A stretch of DNA of 64,000 nucleotides from assembly GCA_964243255.1 (NCBI GenBank), contig CAXTFI010000002.1:3243-67242 (forward strand), in the 5' to 3' direction. Each line of letters begins with the position of its first letter. Position 1 is the first letter of the stretch. Below, in pieces: positions 19,151 through 28,985 of the stretch. Position numbers and translations under genes: made by a program. The DNA is from an uncultured Hymenobacter sp. (GTDB lineage: Bacteria > Bacteroidota > Bacteroidia > Cytophagales > Hymenobacteraceae). The notes beneath the pieces are model-generated. The model searched no databases, was not told the origin of the DNA, and saw only the letters and a list, made by a program, of their open reading frames with translations.

Positions 19151-20350
19151 ATGGCGTCCATAAAAGTCGTCCTTCGGGAGAGTAAGACGAACAAAGCGGG
19201 TGAAGCTCCCGTGTACCTGCGCATCACCCAGGAGCGCAAGACTAACTTCATCGCGCTTGACGTCCGGGTTAAACCCCAGGACTGGGATGCCGACTTGAGC
19301 CAGGTTAGGCGGTCGTACCCGAACTCGAAGCGGGTAAACAATTATATCCTCCAGCGTAAGGTTGATGCGGAGAACACCACACTGAAAAAGGAGTCTCAGT
19401 CTCACTCCTCCGAAAAACTGAAGAAGGTCATTAAGGGGGAGTCGTCGGAGAGCTTTTTGAAGCACTTCGCCCGGCACTTGGCTCGGCTAGAGAAAACCGT
19501 AAAGGTGAATACCCTACGCAAAGCCCAGTCGGTCTATAACAAGTTGGAAGCGTACCTCGGTAAACGCGACTTGCTGTTCGACGACATGACAGTCGCTTTT
19601 TTGAAGCAGTATGAGGCGCACCTGCGGGACGACCTGGGCAACGGTATCAACACCATCCATTCCGACCTGAAAATCTTCCGTAAGCTCATCTACGATGCCA
19701 TTCGGGAGGACCTGGTTTCCCCTGAGCGTAACCCGTTCCTGAAATTCAAGTTGGAGACGGAGAAAACGACGAAGGCCTACCTGACCGAGGAGGAACTCGA
19801 CGCCTTTTGGGAGTTACCGCTGAAGGAAGGTAGCAAGCAGTGGCATCACCGTAACCTGTTTGTTTTCGCCGCCGATGCGGGCGGCCCCCGCATCTCCGAC
19901 CTGCTACAACTCAAGTGGGCGAATTTCTCGGGCACGCACATCAAGTTCACCACGCAGAAAACTAACGACATGGTTTCGGTGAAGGTACCTAATCGTGCGT
20001 TAGCCATTCTCCAACTCTATCGCAAGGAGACGAGCAAGCCCTCCGATTTTGTGTTCGAGTTCATGCGTCCTGGTAAGGACTACTCCGACCCCTGGTTGCT
20101 GCAAAAAGGGCTGTCGGCGGCCAACGCTCACATCAACAAGAACCTGCGAATTATTGCCGAACGCGCAGGCATTGGGAAGAAAATCAGCTTTCACAGCTCG
20201 CGGCACACTTTCGCCACTCGTGCATTGACTAAAGGCATGCACCTGGAGTCGGTTTCTAAGCTGCTGGGACACAATTCTATCAAAACCACGCAGATTTACG
20301 CCAAAATAGTGGACGAAAAACTTGACCAGGCGATGGACGTGTTCAATTGA
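19151..20350 (+). CDS. int: Tyrosine recombinase/integrase (Bacteroidota type with N-terminal arm-binding domain)
   Basis: 399 aa with APVYLRIT arm-binding N-terminus and catalytic GPRISDL, FHSSRHTFAT, LLGH and TQIYAK. Confidence 0.95.
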   Translation: MASIKVVLRESKTNKAGEAPVYLRITQERKTNFIALDVRVKPQDWDADLSQVRRSYPNSKRVNNYILQRKVDAENTTLKKESQSHSSEKLKKVIKGESSESFLKHFARHLARLEKTVKVNTLRKAQSVYNKLEAYLGKRDLLFDDMTVAFLKQYEAHLRDDLGNGINTIHSDLKIFRKLIYDAIREDLVSPERNPFLKFKLETEKTTKAYLTEEELDAFWELPLKEGSKQWHHRNLFVFAADAGGPRISDLLQLKWANFSGTHIKFTTQKTNDMVSVKVPNRALAILQLYRKETSKPSDFVFEFMRPGKDYSDPWLLQKGLSAANAHINKNLRIIAERAGIGKKISFHSSRHTFATRALTKGMHLESVSKLLGHNSIKTTQIYAKIVDEKLDQAMDVFN

Positions 20351-20720
20351 AAAGTGGGTCCTTTTCCCTTGTCGAGGTGTCGCCACTCGCGTTGCGGAGA
20401 ATTATTGATGCCTCGCATAAGGTGTGTCCACTACCTCGTCACAATGCCGAATTAGGGTGGGGATTACTAGTCGGTCGCCGTGGGCTCAACTCCGAATTTA
20501 GTAACTTCTGCGCTCGTCAGGTTGACCCTGTAATGACCTCATGTGTAAAAGTCAAAAAAATGCGTGTTTTTATTGAGCGCGGAAAGGCGCACTATATGGC
20601 TAACTCGAAAACCGTATCACGTAATTCATCAAAAAGTTCTATTTCGGATTTGGGTAGCGTTGTTTTTTGAGCAAATGAGGCATAATTTTGTTTTGTCATC
20701 AACCTAATAACACAATCCAG

Positions 20721-21008
20721 ATGAGCGACATGATACTCCAGCAAGAAACTCTCAACCAGCTTCGGCACGACACTTTCCACTACATGCGTAACCTCTTCGA
20801 GGAGGAGCGCAGCAAACCCACGTTTAAGTGGGTGACCAGTAAGGTAGCTACGGAGTTACTCGATGTTAGCCCTCGCACCATGCAGAAGTGGCGCGATGAA
20901 GGCTTGCTTGGGTTCGCTCAAGTGGGCCACAAAATCTACCACAGTCAGGAGGACATCGACCACATGCTCCAGCGGCACTACTGCAAGCCATTTAAGGCGC
21001 TGGCGTAG
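20721..21008 (+). CDS. Excisionase-like helix-turn-helix protein
   Basis: 95 aa with WVTSKVATELLDVSPRTMQKWRDEGLLGFAQVGHKIYH, a typical HTH_17 pattern. Confidence 0.85.
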   Translation: MSDMILQQETLNQLRHDTFHYMRNLFEEERSKPTFKWVTSKVATELLDVSPRTMQKWRDEGLLGFAQVGHKIYHSQEDIDHMLQRHYCKPFKALA

Positions 21009-21309
21009 AGTGCTCTTACTAGTGCCTGTCGCAGCAGAGGTAATTACATCGAGCCGTCTTTCTTCTGGTCGTGATGAGTACAGCAGTAGTCAACGGCAGG
21101 TGCGCCGATGTAATGACTGGGGCAAGATAGGTGACCAGGAGCGAGTGCTACTTATCACGTTTCCTCTATAACTGACGGGCACAGTCAGCTTCATTAACCG
21201 TCTTACTTAAGCTGGGTGGCAGGTCCCCAAGCTGACATAAGGTGGACAGCGTGTTTGGAAGTTGATTTCTCGTCAGCCGTACCAAAAGAGCAGGTCATCA
21301 ACACCGTCT

Positions 21310-22005
21310 TTAGGGCGTTGCCAGCAAGCGAAAGCGTCTTTCCAACTCAAATTTGCGCTCGTAGCCTGAGCCGTAGGGTAATGTCCACTCCAACGCCTCA
21401 AGTAGGTCAGGGTGGCGTAGTAACTCAGTCACCTGCTTCTGAATATATTGGCGTACAGCTGGGTCAGCCGCGTTTACTTCAGCAGGTAGTGCGAGGCGAT
21501 TGTCGAGTACGTGCACCAAGTCTTCCAGGTCCTGGCTTAGCCGCAGGTCGGCCCATCCCCGGTCACGCAGGGCCACCAGTTTCGTAGCCACGAAGTAAGG
21601 TGGACTGAGAATGCGAATGGAGGTGCCATTTGGTAGCGCGTAAGGTATTGCTTGTGCAAACCCCGCTGGATACCAGGGGTTACTGAAGCCTAAGATGCCC
21701 GGTTCGGTAGGCATGATGTCTACGGTCAGCCCTTGTAGCTGCCACCGGCAGATAATCCCCGAGGATGTGTCGTTGGCAAAGCCTAGCGCCCGTAATTCTT
21801 CCTCTAGGGCGTAGAAGGCACTACGGGGAGCGACTTCCACAATGCAGTCTACATCGTCGGTGATGCGTGGCTCCGGGGTGCTGGTGGGCGTGGTGCTGTA
21901 TAAGTTCACAGTGGCCCCACCTACGAAGACCACGCGCTCACGAAGGGGACCGAGGGCGAGGGCTACTGCCTGCAGCCGTGGCAAATTTCGTGGCTCAGCT
22001 GGCAT
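21310..22005 (-). CDS. AbiEii-like nucleotidyltransferase toxin
   Basis: 231 aa with VFVGGA...PRITDDVD (Pol-beta-like NTase), ATKLVA and QDLEDL. Confidence 0.75.
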   Translation of the reverse strand: MPAEPRNLPRLQAVALALGPLRERVVFVGGATVNLYSTTPTSTPEPRITDDVDCIVEVAPRSAFYALEEELRALGFANDTSSGIICRWQLQGLTVDIMPTEPGILGFSNPWYPAGFAQAIPYALPNGTSIRILSPPYFVATKLVALRDRGWADLRLSQDLEDLVHVLDNRLALPAEVNAADPAVRQYIQKQVTELLRHPDLLEALEWTLPYGSGYERKFELERRFRLLATP

Positions 22006-22543
22006 AAGCAGAAGGAGTAATAGCGATGCCCAGTGCCTTTGCCAGCAGTTCGGAGGCAACCCGTCGCTCTCGTGGGCGGCCTAGGCGTAGCGCGTCGACC
22101 AAGGCCAGCAACTCGTACAGGTGGGCATCATCATGAGCCGCAGCGGGTGCGCCCGCATACAAAGGTTCCACAGCAGCTCCCCATACCTCGCCCGTCGCGC
22201 CAGGCCACACGTAGGCCGGCTCTGGGCCAAAAGTGGCTACTAATGGCGGCGCACTAGGCCCAGTAGCCAGCCCACGTGCCTGGGCGCCGGGCTGTACTGG
22301 AAACACGTAGGGCAACCCGTACAGTAGAAATTCAAGTAGCGCACGTGGCTGCACTTGCCGTAGGCGCGGGCTACCTTGCAGTAAACGGCTGTAGCGGCAC
22401 CGTTGAAGTGCATCTGAAACCTCTGCCGCGCTCAAATGCAGCGCATGTGCGAGTTCCTTACCTGACAACAGTTCTGCTGCTGGTAGAGTTAGACGCAGCA
22501 ATAATGCTACGTCCTGTGGTCTCATTCCTTTGTGTTTAAACAT
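21995..22543 (-). CDS. HTH-containing putative antitoxin (AbiEi-like partner)
   Basis: 182 aa from MFKHKGMRPQDV; HTH KELAHALHLSAAEVSDAL; LYELLALVDALRLGRPRER; overlaps the toxin start. Confidence 0.7.
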   Translation of the reverse strand: MFKHKGMRPQDVALLLRLTLPAAELLSGKELAHALHLSAAEVSDALQRCRYSRLLQGSPRLRQVQPRALLEFLLYGLPYVFPVQPGAQARGLATGPSAPPLVATFGPEPAYVWPGATGEVWGAAVEPLYAGAPAAAHDDAHLYELLALVDALRLGRPRERRVASELLAKALGIAITPSAYAS

Positions 22544-22551
22544 GATACACG

Positions 22552-22568
22552 ATTCGCGAATTGCGAAT
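22552..22568. promoter_or_regulatory. Inverted-repeat operator upstream of the TA operon
   Basis: ATTCGCGAATTGCGAAT, nested palindromes 8 bp upstream of the start codon. Confidence 0.55.
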
Positions 22569-22784
22569 TTACGATAAATGGCCCCAAGTCGCTTGCTAAC
22601 TGTTCTCGCACAAATCTGAATTAGCGCAGTAACAGCATGCTGCGCTGTAGCCACTTCAGTAGCAAAATTTACTACAACCTCGACGACACAGACAAGGCGC
22701 TGCGTAAGCAGTACAAGAAGCCGTTTGCGCAGGCGTAGTAACAGGGGTGACATGCGTCAAGGCACTCCTTTTGTCACCACCCTG

Positions 22785-23483
22785 CTACAGTCCAAACTGC
22801 GCCAGTAACTGCTCCTTGTACTGCTTGCCGATGGGCAGCTTCTCCGGCAGGTCGTACAGCTCGACTTCATTACCCGTGATAGCCTTAATCGCGTCGAGGC
22901 GCACGAGGTATGATTTTTGAATGCGGATGAAGCGAGTAGCCGGCAGCTGGTCCTCGATACGGCTCATTCGTAGGTAGGTGACTACGAAGCGGTTGCGCAA
23001 TACGATACGGATGTAGTCGCGCAAGCCCTCGACGTAGTATATCTCGTCGAAGAGCACGCGCTGCAGTGAATTGCCTTCTTTTACGAACAGGAACTGCGGG
23101 GCGGGCGCCGGCACTGGCACCGACTTGTTGCCGAGCAGCCCCACCGCTTTGTTAACGGCTTTAAGAAAGCGCGGGAAAGAAACTGGCTTCACCAAGTAGT
23201 CAAGGGCATCGAGCTCGAAGCCTTCGAGGGCGTGGTGGGGTGAGGCCGTAACGAAGATGACGTAGGGCGGGTTGGGCAGCGAGCGCAGAAACTCCAGGCC
23301 GTTGACCTGGGGCATATTAATATCGGAGAGCAGCAGGTCGATGCGCTGGCGTTGCAGCACCTCTAGGGCCTCGAATACGTGCGCGCAGCTGGCCACCAGT
23401 TGTAGCTGCGGCAGCTGGGCCATGTAGCTTTCGAGTAACTCGCGAGCAAAGGGTTCGTCGTCGATAATCAGGCAGTTAATCAT
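22785..23483 (-). CDS. LytTR-family response regulator
   Basis: CLIIDDEP, SDINMP, DYLVKP and a LytTR domain (YVEGLRDY, FIRIQKSYLV). Confidence 0.95.
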   Translation of the reverse strand: MINCLIIDDEPFARELLESYMAQLPQLQLVASCAHVFEALEVLQRQRIDLLLSDINMPQVNGLEFLRSLPNPPYVIFVTASPHHALEGFELDALDYLVKPVSFPRFLKAVNKAVGLLGNKSVPVPAPAPQFLFVKEGNSLQRVLFDEIYYVEGLRDYIRIVLRNRFVVTYLRMSRIEDQLPATRFIRIQKSYLVRLDAIKAITGNEVELYDLPEKLPIGKQYKEQLLAQFGL

Positions 23484-24616
23484 GCATGCGGGGCGAGGGT
23501 GGTGGCGAGAACTGGCTGGGAGGTGGCAGCTGCGGCGAGGCGTAGCGTGAGTAGTACCTCGTAGGTGTCAGGGCCGTGGCTAATGGCGAGGTCGTAGTCG
23601 GCCGGGGCGTAGTGCAGAGCTAGCCGCTGGCGCACATTGGCCAGGCCCACGCCGCCCACAGCCCGCTGGGGCGCCCCAGGGCTGTAGCTGTTGCGCACGG
23701 CGAAGTGCAGCTGCGACTGCTCGACCCGCACCGCGATGCTGACCCACGACTCATCCAGGCTACTGTCGATGCCGTGCTTGAAAGCGTTTTCCACGAAGGG
23801 GAACAGCAGCAACGGGCTGATGGCCAGGTTGGGCACCGGCTGGTCAACGTAGTAGTCGATGCGTACCTGGCGACCGTAGCGCAGGCGCTCCAGCTCCAGG
23901 TAGGCTTCCAGAAAGGCAACTTCCTGCGCGAGTGGGACGAGCGGAGCCGCCGCCTCAAATAGGGTATAACGCAGCAAGTCGCTGAGGTGCTGCACGATGA
24001 GCGGGGCGCGGGAGTCCTGCTTGACAACCAGCGTGTACAGGTTGTTGAGCGTATTGAACAGGAAGTGGGGATTCACCTGAGCTTTTAGGAAGCTGACTTC
24101 CAGGTTCAGGGTTTCGCGCTCCAGGCGCAGGCTGCGGTTGGCACTTGACAGCAGAAAGCGCACAAAGCGTACCACCAGCGGCGGCATCGTGGAGGCCCCG
24201 AAGTCGTAGAGCCCAATGCTGACGCCATGCCAGCTGAACACGCCCGTCCACAGCCCTTTATCCAGGATACGGTGTACGTAGTTGTGCATGTTGGTTGACA
24301 CCAGTCCGGCGTGGTTGAGCCAACTCATCCAACCGTAGTTAAGCAGCGCCCAGCTGTAGTACATGGCCGCCAGTCCCAGCCCGGTGAGTAGCCAGTGCCG
24401 TTGCAGAAGCCAGCGCGGCAGCACTACGCTGGCGAAGAAGTAATAACTGGCGACGGCCGCTAGCATCGTGATGCCAGCGAAGCCCCAGGTCACGAGCGGC
24501 CCCTCGTGCCAGCCCGTAAAAATGTAGTATAAATACAGCAGGTAGCCTCCCCACCAGGCAATGGGCGCCAGCCGACGCAGCGCGGGCGAAAGCGAAAGGG
24601 CAGTAGCGCGGGGCAT
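23480..24616 (-). CDS. LytS/YehU-type sensor histidine kinase
   Basis: TM helices; LKAQVNPHFLFNTLNN, FVENAFKHG and GGVGLANV. Confidence 0.93.
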   Translation of the reverse strand: MPRATALSLSPALRRLAPIAWWGGYLLYLYYIFTGWHEGPLVTWGFAGITMLAAVASYYFFASVVLPRWLLQRHWLLTGLGLAAMYYSWALLNYGWMSWLNHAGLVSTNMHNYVHRILDKGLWTGVFSWHGVSIGLYDFGASTMPPLVVRFVRFLLSSANRSLRLERETLNLEVSFLKAQVNPHFLFNTLNNLYTLVVKQDSRAPLIVQHLSDLLRYTLFEAAAPLVPLAQEVAFLEAYLELERLRYGRQVRIDYYVDQPVPNLAISPLLLFPFVENAFKHGIDSSLDESWVSIAVRVEQSQLHFAVRNSYSPGAPQRAVGGVGLANVRQRLALHYAPADYDLAISHGPDTYEVLLTLRLAAAATSQPVLATTLAPHA

Positions 24617-24619
24617 GGG

Positions 24620-25705
24620 TCAGAGGGCAAGGCGCAGCACGACGCGCAGATAGGGCGGCTCTTCGATGATGCGCAGTTCGTGGCCACCGGGGTATTGCAG
24701 CTGGAGCCGCCGCTCGGTGGCTTGCACGGCATCGGCCGCAGCGTAAGTAGGTAGCGGGGTAGTCGTATGACGCATCAGCTCCCAGGTGAGGCCGGCCGGC
24801 GCCAGGTGCAGGGCGCTATCGATAGTAAAGGCACCGGCGGGGTCAAGGGCTACAAATAGCTGCTCCAGCAGTGGTTGCAGGAGTAGAGGTGTGATGCTAA
24901 AGGCGTCGGCGGAATCGCCTGACACGCTATGGGTGATGGTGGCTGCCGGGTAGCGCAAGCGCTCCAGCGCCAGGTAGTCGGCCGTAAATTCCAGCTCGCG
25001 GGGGAGGAGCACGCGCTCGGCGTCGGTTTCGTAGAGCGTGTAGCGCAGCAAATCGGCCAGGTGCAGCACCACGTCGCCGGCGCGCGCGTCGCGGGCGCGG
25101 GTCAGGCTTTGGAGCTGGCCCAAGGTATGGAACAGGAACTGCGGGTTGAGTTGAGCCTTGAGGTAGCTCAGCTCCAGGCGAAAGAGGCTGCGCTCCAGGG
25201 CCAGTCGGCGGCGGTCCACGATGAGGGAGTAGGCCAAAAAGCTCACCAGCACTGGAAAGAGCATGGAGGCCAGCATGTCCCGAAAGGTGTATACGAACTG
25301 CAAGGGGCTGGTAAGCACCACCCACGGCGTCGGGCCACCCAGATTGGGCAGGTCGTGGCGCAGGTCGGGGTTGAGCGGCAGGTACGCCAGGGCAAACTGA
25401 GCACCCAGGTAAAACCAGTAGCGGTAAACGACCACCAGCAGCCCGCCGCCGGCCAGCGCCCGCCCGTAGCGCCCGCGCAGCAGCCAGCGCGGGATTATCC
25501 AGTACACCAGGCTGTTAAACAGTAAGATGGCGAAGCCCGCGAACAGCACGACTACCGGCCAGATGTTACCCTCGATGTGGTAGTTGGGCCGCTTGAACCA
25601 AGCCCAGTAAAACCCTGCCAGCAGTACCCATAGCGTCCCCTGGAGTAGCGCAGCCACGGTGCGCCCGGAGAGCTGGCGTGGCGGGCGGGGAATGGGAAAA
25701 GCCAT
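24620..25705 (-). CDS. LytS-like pseudokinase (phospho-His and ATP motifs degenerate)
   Basis: LKAQLNPQFLFHTL (H to Q), LLEQLF in place of ENAFKHG, and no GxGL box; ORF intact. Confidence 0.8.
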   Translation of the reverse strand: MAFPIPRPPRQLSGRTVAALLQGTLWVLLAGFYWAWFKRPNYHIEGNIWPVVVLFAGFAILLFNSLVYWIIPRWLLRGRYGRALAGGGLLVVVYRYWFYLGAQFALAYLPLNPDLRHDLPNLGGPTPWVVLTSPLQFVYTFRDMLASMLFPVLVSFLAYSLIVDRRRLALERSLFRLELSYLKAQLNPQFLFHTLGQLQSLTRARDARAGDVVLHLADLLRYTLYETDAERVLLPRELEFTADYLALERLRYPAATITHSVSGDSADAFSITPLLLQPLLEQLFVALDPAGAFTIDSALHLAPAGLTWELMRHTTTPLPTYAAADAVQATERRLQLQYPGGHELRIIEEPPYLRVVLRLAL

Positions 25706-25830
25706 GCAAAAATGCGGGACGAAACGCGGATTGGTGGTGGTGGGCGATGACTTGGTCGAAAGGATTTTCGGCCGGTTGGGGTGGGCGGCACCTTCGCTAT
25801 CAGTTCACTGCTCCTCAAAGAAACCACGCG

Positions 25831-28275
25831 ATGCCGGCTTTCACTACTCCTCGTTCTTTTCGTTTCGGCCCGCTGCTGGCCCTGCTGCTCTGGCTGGCCG
25901 CCCCCGCCGCTACCTGGGCCCAGACTACCCTCACCGGCCAGGCCCTCGACGGGGCTAGCCGAGCGGGCCTGCCCTTTGCCAGCGTGGTGCTGCAAACCGC
26001 TGCCCCAGTCGCTAAAGTAGCCCAGGCCGTGGTAGCCGACGAGGCCGGCCGCTTTAACCTGGGCAGCGTGCGGCCCGGCCACTACCAGCTGCAAGTGATG
26101 CAGGTAGGCTACGCCACCCTGACGCAGCCGGTGGACGTAGCCACCGGCTCAGCTTCTAGTCGCGACCTGGGCACCCTAACCCTGCTGCCCGCCGCTCAGG
26201 GCCTGGGGGAGGTAGTAGTGACCGGCCGCAAGCCCCTACTGGAACAGCAGCCCGACCGCGTAACCATGCATGTGGATGGTAGCCTGCTGGCGGCTGGTAA
26301 CAACACCTACGAGGTGTTGGCCGCCGCCCCCGGCGTGCAGTTGGTGGAGGGCCAGCCCCTGCGGCTGCGTGGCAAGACTGGCGTCGTCGTCTTCCTCAAT
26401 AACAAGCGGCTGCCCGGCGGTACCAGCCTCGAAACGCTGCTGGCCAGCATTCCCGCCGACCAGCTCGACCGTGTGGAGCTGATTCACAACCCCTCCTCAA
26501 AATATGATGCCGACGCGGCAGGTGGTGTAATCGAGATTTATACCAAGCGCAGCAAGGCTCCGGGCTGGACGGCCAACCTGGCGGCCAACGCGCGGCAGGG
26601 GCAGCGCACGGGCGGCGGCACCAGCGGCGGCCTGCAAGCCAGCAACGCTAAGTTTGACCTGGCTGCCAGCGGCAGCTACAGCCGGCGCGGGGGCTTCGAG
26701 CGCAACACGGGCAGCCGGACCTTTTTCGCTGGCAATATGCCGGTGGCTGGCCTTGCGCAACGCAGCGACCTGGACAAAGTGCTGACCGACGGCAGCTTCA
26801 GCGCGAGCCTCAATTACCACCCTAGCGCCCGCACTACGCTGGGCTTCAGCACTGACCTGCAAACCGGCAGCCTGGTGGGCGCCGGCTACACCGATGCCGT
26901 GCTCACCCAGCTGGCAGGCCCCACTACCAGCCATGTGCAGGAAACTGTAACGCTGCGTGAAAGCTTCGCCAACTACAACGCCTTTTATAAGCGTGAGCTG
27001 GACAGCCTGCACTCCTACCTGCTGCTGAGCAGCACCTACGCCACGCTCACCAATGTGCAGCAGCAAACCTTCGACCAGCTGCTGCGCGGCCCGGCCGATT
27101 CGACGGGGCTGCCCACCTACTTGCGCAACTACATTCCGGCCACTTACCACATTTCCACCACGGCCGCTGACTACGTGCACAGCTACCCGGCCGGCGCTCG
27201 CCTCGAAACGGGTCTGAAGTACACCGATACCCGCAACCAGAGCCGCCAGCAGGCCGAAAGCCTAGTGGCGGGCACCTGGCAGCCCCAGGCGCTGTCGCCT
27301 TTCGCCGAGCTCGGCTACCAGGAGCAGGTGGCCGCCGCCTACCTCACCGGTAATCGCAGCTTTGGAAAGCTCAGCCTGCAGGCGGGCCTGCGCGCCGAAC
27401 GCACACACTACCGCGTCGAACACGGCATCGACTCTACGTACTTCAACCTGTTTCCCAACGTGCGGGCTGATTACAAGCTGACCGCCAATTACACTGCCTC
27501 GCTGGGCTACGCCCGCAACATTCGGCGCCCCGCCTACGAGAGCCTGATTCCCTACGAGCGCTTCCAGGACACTTATACCAGTAGCCGGGGCAACGCCCGT
27601 CTGCAGCCCGAGTATGCCCACAGCTTTTCATGGAACAACATTTACAAGAATTACAGCCTGCAAATCAGCTACACGCGCACCAGCGGAGCCATTTCACTGG
27701 TTTACCTCTACGACCCTACTACCCTGCGCCTTACCGATACCCAGCGCAACCTCCTCAGCCGCCACCTGGCCAGCGCTACCCTCATCGCGCCCCTCACCCT
27801 AGCCAAATGGTGGACCATGAGCGGCAGTGCCATCCTCACCTACCAGCAGCTCAACCTGCCCGACCCACTCGATGCCACCCGCACCCTCAGCCGGTACAAA
27901 ACTGCCGTGGAACTCAGTAGCGACAACACTTTCAGCCTGGGCAAGAACTGGTCGGCGCGGGTGTACGGCGCCTACTATTCGCCTTCCCTCTACGGCATCT
28001 TTGATATAGACGCCTACTCTTACGCGGTAATAGGCGTGAAGAAGGCGTTCTTAGGTAAGCGCGCCACGCTCAACCTGTCGGTAACTGACCTGTTCTACCA
28101 ATTTGGCTCGCGGGTATCCACCGACATCCGCCCCGTAGTATTTGAGAACCGCCTGCGCAACGACACGCGCCAGGTGCGGCTGGCCTTCACCTTCAATTTT
28201 GGCCAGGCTGATTTCAAGAGCAAGCGGGTCGAAACTAATACCAACGCCACCGAGCGCGGCCGGCTGGGCATGTAG
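25831..28275 (+). CDS. TonB-dependent-like outer-membrane beta-barrel receptor with carboxypeptidase-regulatory-like N-domain
   Basis: Signal peptide, LPFASVVL, LGEVVVTG, plug ELIHNPSSKYDA..GGVIEI and barrel GLRAERT. Confidence 0.9.
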   Translation: MPAFTTPRSFRFGPLLALLLWLAAPAATWAQTTLTGQALDGASRAGLPFASVVLQTAAPVAKVAQAVVADEAGRFNLGSVRPGHYQLQVMQVGYATLTQPVDVATGSASSRDLGTLTLLPAAQGLGEVVVTGRKPLLEQQPDRVTMHVDGSLLAAGNNTYEVLAAAPGVQLVEGQPLRLRGKTGVVVFLNNKRLPGGTSLETLLASIPADQLDRVELIHNPSSKYDADAAGGVIEIYTKRSKAPGWTANLAANARQGQRTGGGTSGGLQASNAKFDLAASGSYSRRGGFERNTGSRTFFAGNMPVAGLAQRSDLDKVLTDGSFSASLNYHPSARTTLGFSTDLQTGSLVGAGYTDAVLTQLAGPTTSHVQETVTLRESFANYNAFYKRELDSLHSYLLLSSTYATLTNVQQQTFDQLLRGPADSTGLPTYLRNYIPATYHISTTAADYVHSYPAGARLETGLKYTDTRNQSRQQAESLVAGTWQPQALSPFAELGYQEQVAAAYLTGNRSFGKLSLQAGLRAERTHYRVEHGIDSTYFNLFPNVRADYKLTANYTASLGYARNIRRPAYESLIPYERFQDTYTSSRGNARLQPEYAHSFSWNNIYKNYSLQISYTRTSGAISLVYLYDPTTLRLTDTQRNLLSRHLASATLIAPLTLAKWWTMSGSAILTYQQLNLPDPLDATRTLSRYKTAVELSSDNTFSLGKNWSARVYGAYYSPSLYGIFDIDAYSYAVIGVKKAFLGKRATLNLSVTDLFYQFGSRVSTDIRPVVFENRLRNDTRQVRLAFTFNFGQADFKSKRVETNTNATERGRLGM

Positions 28276-28335
28276 GCGTTTCCAGCCGTTCGGCTCTATT
28301 GAACCAACTAACACGGATGTCTTAATCACCCATGA

Positions 28336-28842
28336 CTACGCCTCGCTGCCGGCCCGGTAGTGCAGCGGTAGCGAGCGGTGTATTTTGGTCGCTATTTCGT
28401 GAAGGACGGCGCGGGTACCGTTAAACAGGTGCCAGCCCTCGAGCTGGGCCAGGGGTACCCACTGCACACCGGTAGTTTCTGCTTCATTGCGAGTCAGGGC
28501 ATCGCCACGCGCAACCGCCAGGTAGATGAAGTCGATATGATAATGGGTGGCAGCAACTGAACTCGCGACAATGCGCTGTTGGTAAACGTATTCGGGCGGC
28601 AGAAGCCAATCGCTGTCACCTGCCGGTAATGGGTGGTGCAGGAAGGAAACCAGTTGGATAGAAACCCCCGTCTCCTCCCACACCTAGCGAATGGCCGCCT
28701 CCACCGGGTTTTCCGTCGTTTCTACGTGCCCGCCGGGCAGCATCCAGCGGCTGAGTTTGCGGTGGTGTATAAGCAGTACCTCGGGGGCCGTCTCCAGGGC
28801 CCTCAGAACGACAGTGCTGGCCGTGAAATGCTTCTCCATCAT
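28336..28842 (-). pseudogene. Nudix hydrolase with TAG inside the Nudix box
   Basis: LPGGHVETTENPVEAAIR*VWEETG; in-frame TAG at 28684-28686 replaces the conserved Glu. Confidence 0.85.
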
Positions 28843-28985
28843 GCGTAGGCGCGCGGCTGGCGGTGAGTGGTAAAATAAGAGCCAGCCGGGGTAGTCGCTC
28901 ACGCGAGCCGTACCGGGAACACCGCGCGGGTTCTGCCTTTTGTGTTGCGTTTGGGGCCAGTAGTGCCGGCCGGTATGCCCGTTCA

